A DNA stretch of 46,821 nucleotides from Octopus bimaculoides (GCF_001194135.2 NC_068990.1:8664984-8711804), one strand, 5' to 3'; numbered from the stretch's first letter, positions 1 to 12,150 are shown. The notes: a model not told the origin generated them from the sequence alone. Numbers and translations are program-made.

Positions 1-146
1 TGTGACTACTATCTAGATTTTCCTGATGTATTTTTTCTTTCAATTGCTCTATTTCTATTTCTGATATTTTTTTTGCTTTTAGAATATATCTTCTTATGTT
101 AGCTAGTTTGTTAGGGTTCATTGTTTTATCGAGGTCTATATTTACA

Positions 147-235
147 TTATTTTTCTTCCATGTTTTATATGTATGTGTTGTTGCGTTTTCGTTATTTTTC
201 TTCCATGTTTTATATGTATGTGTTGTTGCGTTTTC

Positions 236-236
<1 letters not shown>
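147..236. repeat. 45-bp tandem duplication (2 copies)
   Basis: ttatttttcttccatgttttatatgtatgtgttgttgcgttttcg occurs at 147-191 and again at 192-236, directly before a (TTA)n tract. Confidence 0.9.
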
Positions 237-300
<64 letters not shown>

Positions 301-322
301 CATTATTATTATTATTATTATT
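237..322. repeat. (TTA)n microsatellite
   Basis: Near-pure TTA run with one TCA interruption; it explains the poly-L/Y/I ORFs at 96-405. Confidence 0.97.
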
Positions 323-384
323 AACATTGTTGTTGCTTGATATTGTTGGTTTTGTTGTTGCAGTTGTTGATATGGTTGTTGTTG

Positions 385-520
385 AATCGTTAGCATGACG
401 GGCAAAATGCTTCGCCGCCTTTCGTCCGTGCCTACGTTCTCAGTTTAAATTCCGCCGAGTTCGACTTTCCCATTCATCCCTTCGGGGTCGATAAATTAAG
501 TACTACTGAAAGACGGGGAA
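385..520 (+). mobile_element. tRNA-type SINE fragment (family B, copy 1)
   Basis: gaatcgttagcatgacgggcaaaatgct...tacgttctcagtttaaattccgccgagttcgacttt...ggggtcgataaattaagtac aligns with the copy at 561-730 and resembles an abundant octopus SINE as I recall it. Confidence 0.75.
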
Positions 521-560
521 AAAAAGACCTTATTTCTATAGTTGAAAGGATTATTATTAA

Positions 561-730
561 AGGTGGCATGCTGGCAGAATGGTTAGCACGCCGGATAAAA
601 TGCGTAGTTGCGTTTCATATGTCTTTACGTTCTGAGTTTAAAATTTGCCGAGGTCGTCTTGCCATTTTATTCTTCTGAGATTAAACATTTAAATATCATT
701 TATCATTTGAACTCTGGGACCGATGTAATA
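561..730 (+). mobile_element. tRNA-type SINE (family B, copy 2, degraded)
   Basis: A-box-like TGGCAGAATGG, then tacgttctgagtttaaaatttgccgaggtcg; homologous to 385-520. Confidence 0.75.
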
Positions 731-789
731 AAAGATCTGCTAATATGGAACATTTTGCTGAAAGATCAGGAGCTAAAAAACATTGTGTT

Positions 790-1560
790 TATCGGAGTGG
801 TGTTTGTAGTCCACAATCAATTACGAAAGTTCGTGAGCGGGCTTCGTTAGAGTAACCAGGGATGTTTTGGAGATAGCCTTTGTCAGATATTTTAAGTGAA
901 ATGTCTTTCATTTTGGGAGTGGAAGGGCCCGTGGCCTTATATGAGTCATTTTGAAACAGGGATTGGAACGAAATCGCAGAGCCAATCAGTGTTTGAGACG
1001 CTAGTTCTTCAGAATTCGGGAGGAAGAAACACAAGAGCCAATGTCCGGGGCAATGTTGACGTGATGCTATCGACTCGTGGATAGTTGTCTCTTCCATAGT
1101 ATAATATGCGTAGATGTCAGCGCAGATGTAAGATTTAGTAATATGTGTTCGATGGAAGGAGTCACTTAGCGCGAATATACTAGTCCTAATGACTCCCCTT
1201 AACGGCTGAGCAATAGTAAACTGCATCCCGCAAAAAGTACTCAGAGGAAGAACATAAAGTTCAAGGTTCAATTAGGCAACCTATCTGTTAGACATTGTAG
1301 AAGTTCTTGATCCTTTGGCGACACCAAGCACTAGAAAAAATGCCGTTCTTATTACTAGGAGCGAACAAGACTGCAAAACTCCTCTCAAACCTAGAACCGG
1401 GGAATATAAGAAAATTCACCCTCTGCCACCACAGCAACAGTGAATACTAAGTGACCAGGAAATGGTTCATATAGTAGCACCATTCTGTCCATTTATGCAG
1501 TTCGGGACCAGGCGGATGCCAATAAGAATAATCACGCGCCCTATAGAAAGCGGGAAACAG
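790..1560 (-). mobile_element. Possible highly degraded L1/Tx1-type LINE endonuclease relic
   Basis: Minus-strand frames give fragments in the expected order (LASAWS..MVLLYEPF; ERHFF; WKRQLSTSR*; GPSTPKMKDISLKISDKGYLQNI). They loosely resemble APE-endonuclease motifs (TW...SRLD; GPGYWKLN.SLL.D..Y...I). There are many stops and frameshifts. Confidence 0.35.
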
Positions 1561-2160
1561 GAACAACGGAGAAACATTCTGCTATTAGATATATGAGATT
1601 GGATACATTTTCAGCGAATAAAGAAATCTCTCTGCCGAGGAAGACATTATCTATTGAAGGTGTACCAAACTCTAAAATGGAATTTCCTAAGAATAACAAC
1701 AGATCGGGAAGCAAATGGGATCTCATTTTCAACAGTATAAAAAAGAAGCAATAATTGAACAAGATTCGGATAGGTATTACAGTGTATTGTATTTCAGCGA
1801 TGCAGAAAATGTAGCTGATCACTATAAAAAAATATCCTCATAGAAGATTCGAGAATCTCGACTTACAAAAATACATGTAATGTAATCAGGAATGTGAGGT
1901 ACATCGATGAATGCAAGTGGTAGTTTAATTTTTATATAAATGTCTCATATTAATTATTGCGATCTTACCATATTCATTTATACATTTTTCCTGTAAATAT
2001 TTGTATTTCATTAATGTTTAATTCTTCAAGTAATATATTGTATAATGACTTTCAGCTACCTCACCGTCTTTGTATAACATCTTTGTCTCACCTTATACGT
2101 TATTTTAACCTCCATGTTTAACGATTCTAAAACTTGTGGCTAATAAAGAAATGACGATCG

Positions 2161-2180
2161 TCATCATCATCATCATCATC

Positions 2181-2234
<54 letters not shown>
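2161..2234. repeat. (CAT)n microsatellite
   Basis: CAT run with one AAA interruption; source of the poly-M ORF 2105..2326. Confidence 0.97.
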
Positions 2235-2528
2235 TCTATTGCTGTTGTTGCTGCTACTGCTAAATCTTTTAGATATTGAAACCAATTTATTCCAAGAATT
2301 CTCAAGCGTAAGTGAAGGAATCGCATTTTATTTTGGATGTTATCTCAAATAAGGGTTATTGTTTGAAACCTTTCGAACGTTCCCCCCACCGTTGGGGGGG
2401 GCGACACAAAGTCATTTTTTAAAATGCTTCCATTGTTATTTGACTGTTGAACTACAATTAAATAATGTTATTCGGGAATGCCTAGAAAACAGGTTGCACT
2501 GAACAATGCAAACCAGTTACCAAATATG

Positions 2529-2532
<4 letters not shown>

Positions 2533-2563
<31 letters not shown>

Positions 2564-2566
2564 AGA

Positions 2567-2624
<58 letters not shown>
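2533..2624. repeat. Compound (TA)n-(GA)n microsatellite
   Basis: Directly visible. Confidence 0.97.
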
Positions 2625-2629
<5 letters not shown>

Positions 2630-3065
2630 GAATATTAACGAACAAAGAAACAAATTGTAAAATATGAAGTAACTTTTCAAAAATGTCTAATACAGCGGAC
2701 AATAGGTTTGGAAAGAACATACACGTCTTTGATGAAACAAAAGTGTGTTTAACCCTAATTCAAGCGCCTTCGTTCTCGTGTATTACTTTTTAAAATGTTG
2801 CTAAAGGATACGACATTTTGATAAAACTAAAGCTGGTAACACTTTGTCCACGAGAAGAGTGTCAGCCGTGAGAGGTAGGGAGTAACATCTCGTGCCAAGA
2901 CCACGATGGATTTACTAGTTCTACCTAATGTAGATGTGGAGAGAGCCCTAGATGGCACGTTAAATGAAATCTCATATATGAAAATGGAAAGGGGTAGCCC
3001 GCCACATACCTCATATTCAAAATAGAAGAATGAGTGAATGTGCAACATATTACGATATTCAAATG

Positions 3066-3101
<36 letters not shown>

Positions 3102-3450
3102 TCTTGCCGCGTATGTGGTCTCGATATTCCACACAGCCACGCCTACGATAGATATACATACATACATGCATACATACATACATGTGTATGTATGCACGCG
3201 CACGTGCGCGTGAAACCATCAATGTGACCAGCATTTGAAGGATATGCACAATCGAGATTGTTTTCGCTGACTGCAAGGTGTACTAATTACTTAGTCGGTT
3301 TACATGTGAACCAGAGTAACAAAGTTGTTTCAGAAATGTAAGAACCTCGAGTTACGGATGCATGATATTTCAAGAACCAGGTGTTAATTCGGAAGTGGAG
3401 GTGGGCATGAGCAGCAAGGAAGACAATGTCTTCAGACAATTGGCTGTCTA

Positions 3451-3977
3451 AACACCTGCAGGGGCAGGGAAGCATTATTTCTTCTCGAGTCTAAAATTTT
3501 TCGTTGTAAAGTCTCGCGCTTAAGTTCAAGTGGGAGACTGAAACGATAATGTAGTCGTAGTTTTAGCTTTTGTGAGATTATGTGATGGGAGAGATGGGGA
3601 TAAATTTCTCGCCAATACATCCAGACAGTTCCAACTCTCTGACAGGTACTGAATGGATTTCTTGAATGCACTGCTTTTGAGATGAGGAAATTGTAGCGGT
3701 TCCTTCAGATCGTATCTAAATTTCAAGTAGGTTTACATCTACGCTAAGGAATATTGTAGTTTAACATGCGTGTCCACAATATCAACTACAAGACCATAAA
3801 CTTGGGATGCTGTCACATAACTCCATATAATCTCACAATGCCATCACATAAATTCATATAATCCAAGGCGACGACTAAAATACCATTTCAGTCTCCCACT
3901 AGTACTTAAGAGCGGTGTTTACCAGGAAAACTTTTAGACACATGAAAAAATAATGCTACCCTAGCCCTGTAAGAGTT
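3451..3977. repeat. Diverged long inverted repeat (arms about 135 bp, spacer about 250 bp); possible old MITE or fold-back element
   Basis: 3451-3588 (...agcattatttcttctcgagtctaaaa...cttaagttcaagtgggagactgaaacg...ttatgtgatgg) matches the reverse complement of 3841-3977 (ccatcacataa...atttcagtctcccactagtacttaag...ttttagacacatgaaaaaataatgct...) at roughly 70-75% by eye. Confidence 0.8.
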
Positions 3978-4059
3978 CAGACGACCACTTATTTCACACA
4001 GTGGAACCAAACTACTGAAGGTTACATGCATCATTCCTGCTCTGCAGACCCTAGAATGA

Positions 4060-4870
4060 GAGGGTTAGTGTATTAGGGACGATCGACGTTAGGCAATCTT
4101 CAAAATGTGTTCACGAATCGAAGTTAAGATTGCTGTTAGATTAGAATCGATAATTTTTAGCAACAACAGAGTAATAGCAAACTAATGCATTAGGGAGGGA
4201 GATGTAAGAAAATTACAGAAAGTAATAAGAAAAGAGTCGACACGTGTTACATGAAGGTTAGGTTCTTAGAGCCGAGACACAAAGGAATGAAATCCGTTTT
4301 ATTTGCGGCCATTGTGACAGAGGTGCGGTGTATCAAAGTCCAAAATTTGGTTTTTGATAAACAAGAGTGGGCGTTAAATGGAGGTTGTAGCGTGTGTAGT
4401 GCTTATTCCGACATCATTTCGGGGCATTTGACAGATTTTACGCATAGAGCAGAAAGCCATCATAATAGCAACTGATATAGGAATGGGGAAGATTGTATAT
4501 CTTATGAGTTTTACATATATATTTATGATAAAATTGTTCCTAGTGGGAGAATTTGCAGATCTATAAGACGGAATTGGTAGGACTGTTGAGAAGCAACGTT
4601 GTAAAGGTAGAAATAATTTATTTAATTCCGATGCATAACCTTACAGACTTTGAGATTTTAGCCAAGTCATTAGGAATGAAATTAGTGCGTATCGTCCGAA
4701 AAGTGCAGACCAATGCAGTTTTGACATTTATCCTGGACAACATTCATAGTAAAGGGTAAATCCTAGAGAAGGTGGATAACAGGTCTGGCTTCTTTGTGGT
4801 GCTGGTCAAAATTAGCATTTGGTTTGGTCAGAGTAATCTAGGACCTACACGGTTTCTTGATCCGGCATAA
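4060..4870 (-). mobile_element. Possible degraded CR1/L2-type LINE relic
   Basis: Minus-strand fragments such as LLLNSPT..LIDLQILPLG resemble the end of CR1-type endonuclease domains (LDL.LT..P....I.PPLG.SDH); otherwise unreadable. Confidence 0.3.
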
Positions 4871-5056
4871 GTAGCTTTCTCGTTTATGGGAACACTATTC
4901 TTTTGACTTTTTTGTTATCGCGTTTTATTGTTTTCTTTCTGCGCGTTTTTTTTTATATAAACCTTCCGTTTAATATCCTGTTCCATTGTCTTTAAGCCTC
5001 TGTGGCTAATAAATAAGTAAATGGGTATTGAGGACATCAGACTGGTTGCTTCCTTC

Positions 5057-5062
5057 TTTATT
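5057..5062 (-). promoter_or_regulatory. Candidate poly(A) signal (AATAAA) of the minus-strand gene
   Basis: The first AATAAA I found on the minus strand lies about 480 nt downstream of the stop at 5542. Such hexamers are common in AT-rich DNA. Confidence 0.25.
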
Positions 5063-5541
5063 AATTCAGTCTAGAATTTATATTCATATATTCATTGAAA
5101 GTGTATCAAGTGGTAATAAACTTTGGACGATTTCATGATGTGTATTTCAGTCTATTTCTGTAAGTGTATTTGTAAATGTGTGCACGTATTCTCGATTTAT
5201 ACTCGCGTATTTTGGATGTGCTTTTTTTTTTTATCTCTGTACATTTTGAATTTTCTGTCTTAGCAAACATTCCGTCTAAGCTGGCACGAATCATAAGGAA
5301 AAGATTTCAATACAGTTTGTTAATTAGATGTAATGCTTACTTTGTAATATATGTCACGAAGGAAAACTTTTGATCCGGTAAAACAATATTCACCTCCTTC
5401 GGTTATTCGGTGAACGTTATCAAATATACTAACGCTATGTAGCAAAAAATGTGTGATTAACTTCACATATTTGTTAATTATATAGACATCTATATTGCTG
5501 AGTGATATAAGATACCATTTCTTTTCAATGCATAGTAAAAG

Positions 5542-6795
5542 TTAAGTCAGTCGTTTTTTGCCCTGTCTTCCTGCAATAATTTTTATTGAATTAGCAGTCA
5601 ATCCGTCAAGGAAAGATGTGGAAGACTGCCTGATTGGTAACTGATAATTATGTGACATATTGTTCGACATTTTGCCATTTCTCATGCTGAACTTCTTGGT
5701 CTGCTGCTGATAATGAGGATTTGGCAATGAAAAGAAAGTATGATCAATAGACGGTAAGCTAGATATTTTCTTTTGTATAGAGTCATTTTCATTTATTTCT
5801 TCTTTTATTTCACTCCAAATTCTAGAAGATATATTTGCTTTATTTCTTTCTTCACTTTTTCTCACTTCTTTAACGGTTTTGCCTTTTCTTTTGGATCCTC
5901 TACTCAGTACTTTTAGCTTGTTCTTCGTAGTATTTCCTTCTTTGGCAGTGTTATTTACAGATTTTTTGGTATTTTCATTATTTTTTCGAATGACAGCCCC
6001 TGATGCAGTCATTTGCTGTCGAATCATAGTCATTGCAAGTGCCCTTAAAGAAAGCACTTTCTTTGGTTGTGTAGTCTCAGAGTTTATTTCTGTATCCAAT
6101 AATAAACTTTGAATCAGAGCATTTTTGTCACGAAGAAGCTGGTTCTTCAAATAGATATCTTTTTTCAAGTTTATTATATTCTCATCTGAACGAGAAACAA
6201 AATCTTTATAAGCATTTACAACACTTGGTGCATTTTGCTCGTGTGGACAAAAACCCATATGTGCTAAAATCCATTCATTTCCCTGTTGCATTTCTGTATA
6301 GTGTTTTTTAATTTCTTTGAGCTCAAGAAACGATCTGTGAAAATTTTCAAAATCTTCCCACAGGAATGCAAATTCATTTTCAACTAAGGCAATTTCTTCT
6401 CTATCTTTTGTTCTCGGTTTCAGTGATATAGTTTGGGAAATGCATTTATGAATATTCCGAAGAAGACTTTCAGCAAATCTTAATTTGCCTGCGATTCGAT
6501 CTTTTGTGGATTCATTTGCATGATTGGACCGGATTTGTATCAATAGATCTTCTGTGTGTTTCGCTTTTAAATTGGCAATTTCTTTTTCAAAAGCGTTTAT
6601 TTTTGATTGTAGATTACAATATTCAGTTTTGTACTGTTCGGTTATTTTTTTCAGTTCTTCAATTTCGGTATTTTTGGCATTGAGAAGGACTTTGTATTCA
6701 TAAAACTGTTCCAGTTGTTGATTTTTAACTTCAAGCATCTTCTCTTTCTCAGAATTCTCTTTCTTCCATGCATACATTAATTTTAATTCTTTAAC
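5542..6795 (-). CDS. Terminal coding exon (417 aa + stop) of a CARD-coiled-coil protein gene
   Basis: 1.3 kb stop-free frame in AT-rich DNA. Acceptor ttttatgttctctttttcttttaag|GTTAAAGAA with AG at 6797-6796, phase 0. The N-terminal part is E/K/Q/L-rich with heptad character (VKELKL...EIEELKKITEQYKTEYCNLQSKINAFEKEIANLKAK), followed by a K/N/S-rich tail. The first 20 codons of the listed ORF are the intronic polypyrimidine tract. Confidence 0.85.
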   Translation of the reverse strand, partial: VKELKLMYAWKKENSEKEKMLEVKNQQLEQFYEYKVLLNAKNTEIEELKKITEQYKTEYCNLQSKINAFEKEIANLKAKHTEDLLIQIRSNHANESTKDRIAGKLRFAESLLRNIHKCISQTISLKPRTKDREEIALVENEFAFLWEDFENFHRSFLELKEIKKHYTEMQQGNEWILAHMGFCPHEQNAPSVVNAYKDFVSRSDENIINLKKDIYLKNQLLRDKNALIQSLLLDTEINSETTQPKKVLSLRALAMTMIRQQMTASGAVIRKNNENTKKSVNNTAKEGNTTKNKLKVLSRGSKRKGKTVKEVRKSEERNKANISSRIWSEIKEEINENDSIQKKISSLPSIDHTFFSLPNPHYQQQTKKFSMRNGKMSNNMSHNYQLPIRQSSTSFLDGLTANSIKIIAGRQGKKRLT

Positions 6796-8325
6796 CTTAA
6801 AAGAAAAAGAGAACATAAAAGAATCGTAAAATAAATTAAACGTGGGTGGAAGCATTAGTTTAGCACTACTTAAGTATTAAACAATTTGGCAGAAGTATTA
6901 ATGCTATTTATATTTATAGTTCTTGCTTATACATTTAACAAGTAATTTGTGCTATATTTATATATAACACATACACACACACATTTATATATATCGCAAC
7001 AAGACCCATCATCTCACGATAAAATAGTCCACATGGTACAACATGATTAATCCTATAGAGCACAGCCATTAGAGTGGCTTGATTGTAGCCTCGAAAGGAG
7101 GACCCTCCTTAAAGAGTCTTAGTAGATTATATCGACCCCAAAAATGTCACTCATCTACCTTGCACATCGAACTCTATATGCATAAGAGCATAATATAAGT
7201 AACAGCATAAGCATATAAACACACATTGTTATACATGTGGTATAAGACAAGCAAAATTCGACTAAAATTGACCATAATTATAGTAATAGAAACATCAGAA
7301 TATTTGGAGCAACCGAGTGAGCTGTAGCTTAAGAACGTTTATTATGCTTAAGAGCGTTTATTATGAAAATGGATATGCCGGACATTATCCCACGATAATT
7401 GCTCTCTAGGTCCCTGTTCATGGAATCAGTTCCGATTGCGTTTGTAATGTCTGGGTTGCGTTTGGATGATACGTGACAAGGAAATATTAGAAAGAGATGA
7501 AGCATCATATCAGATGCACAAGGGTATATGTTGATGTACGTGGTAGCAAGAAAGTCACTGATATATGGCAATTTTATATTCTCTAAAACTCATTAAACAT
7601 CATAAAAAAGCAGATTACAAATATATTGTTTGTATCATAGTTTAAAAGGTTATGCTGAAAAACAACTTGCCTGTTTCGTGTAAATATTGACGCAGTTTCA
7701 ATTGTATGACTCTACTATAAAATAAATTACATAAGCTTTTCAAAGAAATTATATTTTTCATACGAGCAATAGATAATTCGTTTACAAACGTTAAAGATAT
7801 GTCTTGTACAGTATCAAAAGTCTACCATCACTTTTCTGTTGCTAATCCACACTGAATTTATTGCTGTTTTTATCCTTCTGGCGTCAGTATAATAACTATT
7901 TTTTAAAAAAAATGTGAGTGGTTCAATCAAATATAAAATATCCTCACATAAATGCAAAATAAATACTAGTGGCACGCCATGAAATTATATTTAAGTGTAT
8001 ATATTTATGGATATTATTTTCTCCAGAACTTTAAGAAATCCTCTTTCTCTTTCATATAAACATAGGACCAACAGATTTCAAAAATAATTATTAAAAATAT
8101 ACGATACATCAAGAACAAAAACAAATATTCCTTTGAAATATAATCCAACTATGTTTAATATTTAACAATTTAAAATAAATTGAATTTTGTAAAAGATTGT
8201 GTTTCTAGGGGGAAGTAATTATACCTCATACCTTCAGTATTGTATTCCCATTCAAGTCGTCATAAAATAAAATAAAATGGCACAACATAACATCAATCCT
8301 AAAGATTATTAAAATGAAGGTATTT

Positions 8326-8357
8326 AAATGTGTGTATGTGTGTGTGTATGTGCGTGC

Positions 8358-8422
<65 letters not shown>
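8326..8422. repeat. (TG)n microsatellite running into a gap
   Basis: Directly visible. Confidence 0.97.
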
Positions 8423-10403
8423 NNNNNNNNNNNNNNNNNNNNNNNNNNNNNNNNNNNNNNNNNNNNNNNNNNNNNNNNNNNNNNNNNNNNNNNNNNNNNN
8501 NNNNNNNNNNNNNNNNNNNNNNNNNNNNNNNNNNNNNNNNNNNNNNNNNNNNNNNNNNNNNNNNNNNNNNNNNNNNNNNNNNNNNNNNNNNNNNNNNNNN
8601 NNNNNNNNNNNNNNNNNNNNNNNNNNNNNNNNNNNNNNNNNNNNNNNNNNNNNNNNNNNNNNNNNNNNNTATATATATATATATATATATGCATATCTAT
8701 ACTTTAATTTCATTTTATTCGTAGTTTCATTTTCTGTCTCTCACTTTCCTTCATTGCTTCTACATGCATATATATGCCTATACCCACAAAGACACGCACA
8801 CACACGCAAACAAACACACACGCAAACAAACACACACGCACACATATACACATACATATGCATGAGTGGTGTCAAATGGACTTGGTTCCGCGAAAGTCAA
8901 ACTGTCAGTACCTCATGGGAGAAAGCGAGAGAAACAGAGAGAAGGAGAGATAGATCTCCAACTCTTGAAGAACGACATCTTTAGTGTTTGTCTTTATAAC
9001 TTTAGGACAATAAGACAACAGTTGGTTGGGTAAGAGGGTTTGTCATTTGTGTGGATAAGACGCAATCAGGTATGCTAAGAAATTGTATTGTAACACGGTT
9101 TTATGAAATATCTTCGTATCTTAGGATTAGTCTGAAACGCATCAACTAAAAATACTAGTTACACGCTAAATAACTAACGCTGGATAGTCGAAACTGTTGT
9201 TTATGTAGCTGCTTTCAATCGATTTATAGAAATGTTTGTGTTTGCGGTGTTTTGGTTCATAGCAATGTCTAGATAATTGGCTATTTTTAGGTTAAGTTTA
9301 TTGTATTCTTCGGAAGTAAATGCTTAATATTGAAATGAATTGTTCATTACATGTTTCTTTTTATTTAGTTTTTTTCTTAGCCGATAGCCTCTTTACAAAA
9401 CTATGATGGCATTTTATACTGAGCATCTTCAACATATCCGTGTACATGAGCTCATCAATTACTACGCCGTCAAAATTACCTATAAATGCACTATATATCA
9501 TTTTTTTTTTGCTCTTCGTTGTCTAGTATGAACGTTTGTTAAATAAGACTATCCTGGTATTTATAATTATATCTATTATAGACTCTGCTACAGGTTCTGA
9601 TCTCTAGGGTTCGCTGAAGATTTTTAAAGATTACGTATTTAATGGAGTTCTATAAAATTGAATTTAGATTTATTGTATATACACTTGTATGTATCAATTC
9701 TGAGAAATTAAAAACTAATATATTTCGTAGCACAATTTTGTCTTGCAAACAATGTACAATTCGATTTTCATAACGTTTATAAGTTTCGGAGTAAGTTTCC
9801 GGGAGGCTTTTTTCTTTTTTTTTTTTTAGTTATATATATATAAATGCTCGAAATACGAGACTAGAAAAACGGCCAACAGCTGATGAAGGGTCGTTCTTTA
9901 TGTTGTTTGATTTGTTTTCCATTTGTGTCTTTTATTGTTCGAAAGAATAGTTCATATTCCATGTACTCATGTTTCGTACTTTTTTGTTGAACACGTTTCG
10001 TGACGCCCTGTGCACACATATGCNNNNNNNNNNNNNNNNNNNNNNNNNNNNNNNNNNNNNNNNNNNNNNNNNNNNNNNNNNNNNNNNNNNNNNNNNNNNN
10101 NNNNNNNNNNNNNNNNNNNNNNNNNNNNNNNNNNNNNNNNNNNNNNNNNNNNNNNNNNNNNNNNNNNNNNNNNNNNNNNNNNNNNNNNNNNNNNNNNNNN
10201 NNNNNNNNNNNNNNNNNNNNNNNNNNNNNNNNNNNNNNNNNNNNNNNNNNNNNNNNNNNNNNNNNNNNNNNNNNNNNNNNNNNNNNNNNNNNNNNNNNNN
10301 NNNNNNNNNNNNNNNNNNNNNNNNNNNNNNNNNNNNNNNNNNNNNNNNNNNNNNNNNNNNNNNNNNNNNNNNNNNNNNNNNNNNNNNNNNATATATACAT
10401 ACA

Positions 10404-10953
10404 TATATATATATGTATACATGTCTCTTAAAGGATAGAGCTCAAAATCAATGCATTGAAGATACTTTATTGCAGCAACAATTATAATAATAACAGAAAC
10501 AAGCAAAATAAGCCAAACCTATGCACATTTCAATAGGGTATCCCGGATAAATAAACCACATCATAAGATGTCTCGTAAAATATTGTAACAAATTACAACA
10601 TATTACAAATTTCTGGATACTCCATCTCATCAGGGTCGCATTATTGCCATCACCAATACTATTATTAGCAAAACACACACATCATCCAAGAGGGTGAAAG
10701 AATAATCGACGGCACGCAACCTACCATCGTTATTTTCTTACAGAATGTAAACAAACCAGTCGATTATTCTTTCACCCTCTTGGATGATGTGTGTGTTTTG
10801 CTAATTTTACAAAATATATAGTATCTGTTAACAGCCTTATCAAAAAGCTCACAGTTGAGTTTTTGTATATATATATGTATACATGTCTCTTAAAGGATAG
10901 AGCTCAAAATCAATGCATTGAAGATACTTTATTGCAGCAACAATTATAATAAT
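10404..10953 (+). repeat. Perfect 88-bp direct repeat (10404-10491 and 10866-10953)
   Basis: tatatatatatgtatacatgtctcttaaaggatagagctcaaaatcaatgcattgaagatactttattgcagcaacaattataataat is present twice, offset 462 bp. Confidence 0.95.
10664..10805. repeat. Perfect 47-bp inverted repeat with a 48-bp spacer (MITE-like hairpin)
   Basis: attagcaaaacacacacatcatccaagagggtgaaagaataatcgac (10664-10710) is the exact reverse complement of 10759-10805. Confidence 0.95.
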
Positions 10954-11539
10954 TTACTGTCTTTTCGACATTTTCCTATATATCAAAATATAAATTAAAA
11001 TTTTGTAAGAGTCCCAGGAATTATTTTAGAGCATTTTAAATTCATTAGCTCTATTATTAACAGCTACGATTTTCGGGTAAAATGAGCTGCGCTGTGCATT
11101 TAATGCTTTTTGTATCAAGCGTTTAGTATTTGCTGATGCCAAAGTAAGTATTATTGTTTATGTTGTTTTTGCCCTCTTCAATCGAGCATATGCAACGCAC
11201 GCAGGTAATCGTTTAAACAAGAGACTAAAACTAACAGAGCATCACACAATGCAATCTATGTCCTCTGGCAAGTGATGTTTTATCCTGCTTTATAAGAAGT
11301 CTGTGTATATGACTTTTCATGGTATTTTCAGTTTGTGTTTGTGTGTATGCATGCAGGTGTTGTTCAGCCGTGAGCCAACTCTAATAAGAAAGGCCTATGA
11401 AAAAATCTCCATTCATGACTATCACAGCTCTGTTATGAATATCATTGGAGAGTGTCAAATGTATTTTTCACTTCAATTCTTCAAGATTTCGTGCTGTTTG
11501 TAAAGGGTCAGGTAAACTTGTTTAGAGAGAGAACAGCTG

Positions 11540-12150
11540 TTCTTTTGCATTGTTGAAATGCCCCATCACCCTCGATATAGAAGGTTTATTGAATCATCAG
11601 CTGTTAATATGAGTATGTGTTTTGGGGATTTTTCCTATTGCTTTTTACTATCCAGTTGTGAATACGAGACATTTTTTTGGAATGGGATCAAGCATTTTCC
11701 CAGAGTATTACAGGTGATTTTCTCTGTTGGAAAAGATATATGTTTGATTAGGAAATGCGAGCTATTGTTTACAGTAGCAACATAACTGAGCCATGACATA
11801 GTTCTGTCGTTGTTGCTGCTAATGTTGCTACTTGGTCCCAAGTCAGCGCTGTCTCAGGAATGTCGTGAATGTCACTTTCTTTTTCTCAGACAGTGTTGTT
11901 CGGCTAATATTGACCCATGAGTTCTTCCATCTTTGTAAACTATAGAATGAGATTGGAGGAAGAATTGGCTGCCATAACTAGCAATTTAGCTGAGTCCATA
12001 TTGCTTCTTCATTGAATTAGTGCCTAATTAGGTGTATTGTAATCGTTTGTGTTGATTGTGTAGTTGTCTATTTTTGTTAGAGTATTCAAGAGGAAATTAG
12101 CACCCGGGCACTTGTATAAGAATAGGCTTATAGATTATACTATTGTGTTT
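11540..12150 (-). mobile_element. Probable degraded RTE-type LINE, C-terminal RT region
   Basis: Minus-strand fragments IYKPILIQ...RTMSWLSYVATV...LIKHI...GKCL resemble the post-RT region of RTE LINEs (LYK..I.P.L.Y; R.RW.GHV.R; K.L...GKR..G). Confidence 0.4.

Noticed and set aside
6796-6855. ATG at 6855 as the start of a 437-aa single-exon gene
   Set aside because: The first 20 codons are a T-rich polypyrimidine tract ending in a canonical AG, which is better explained as intron.
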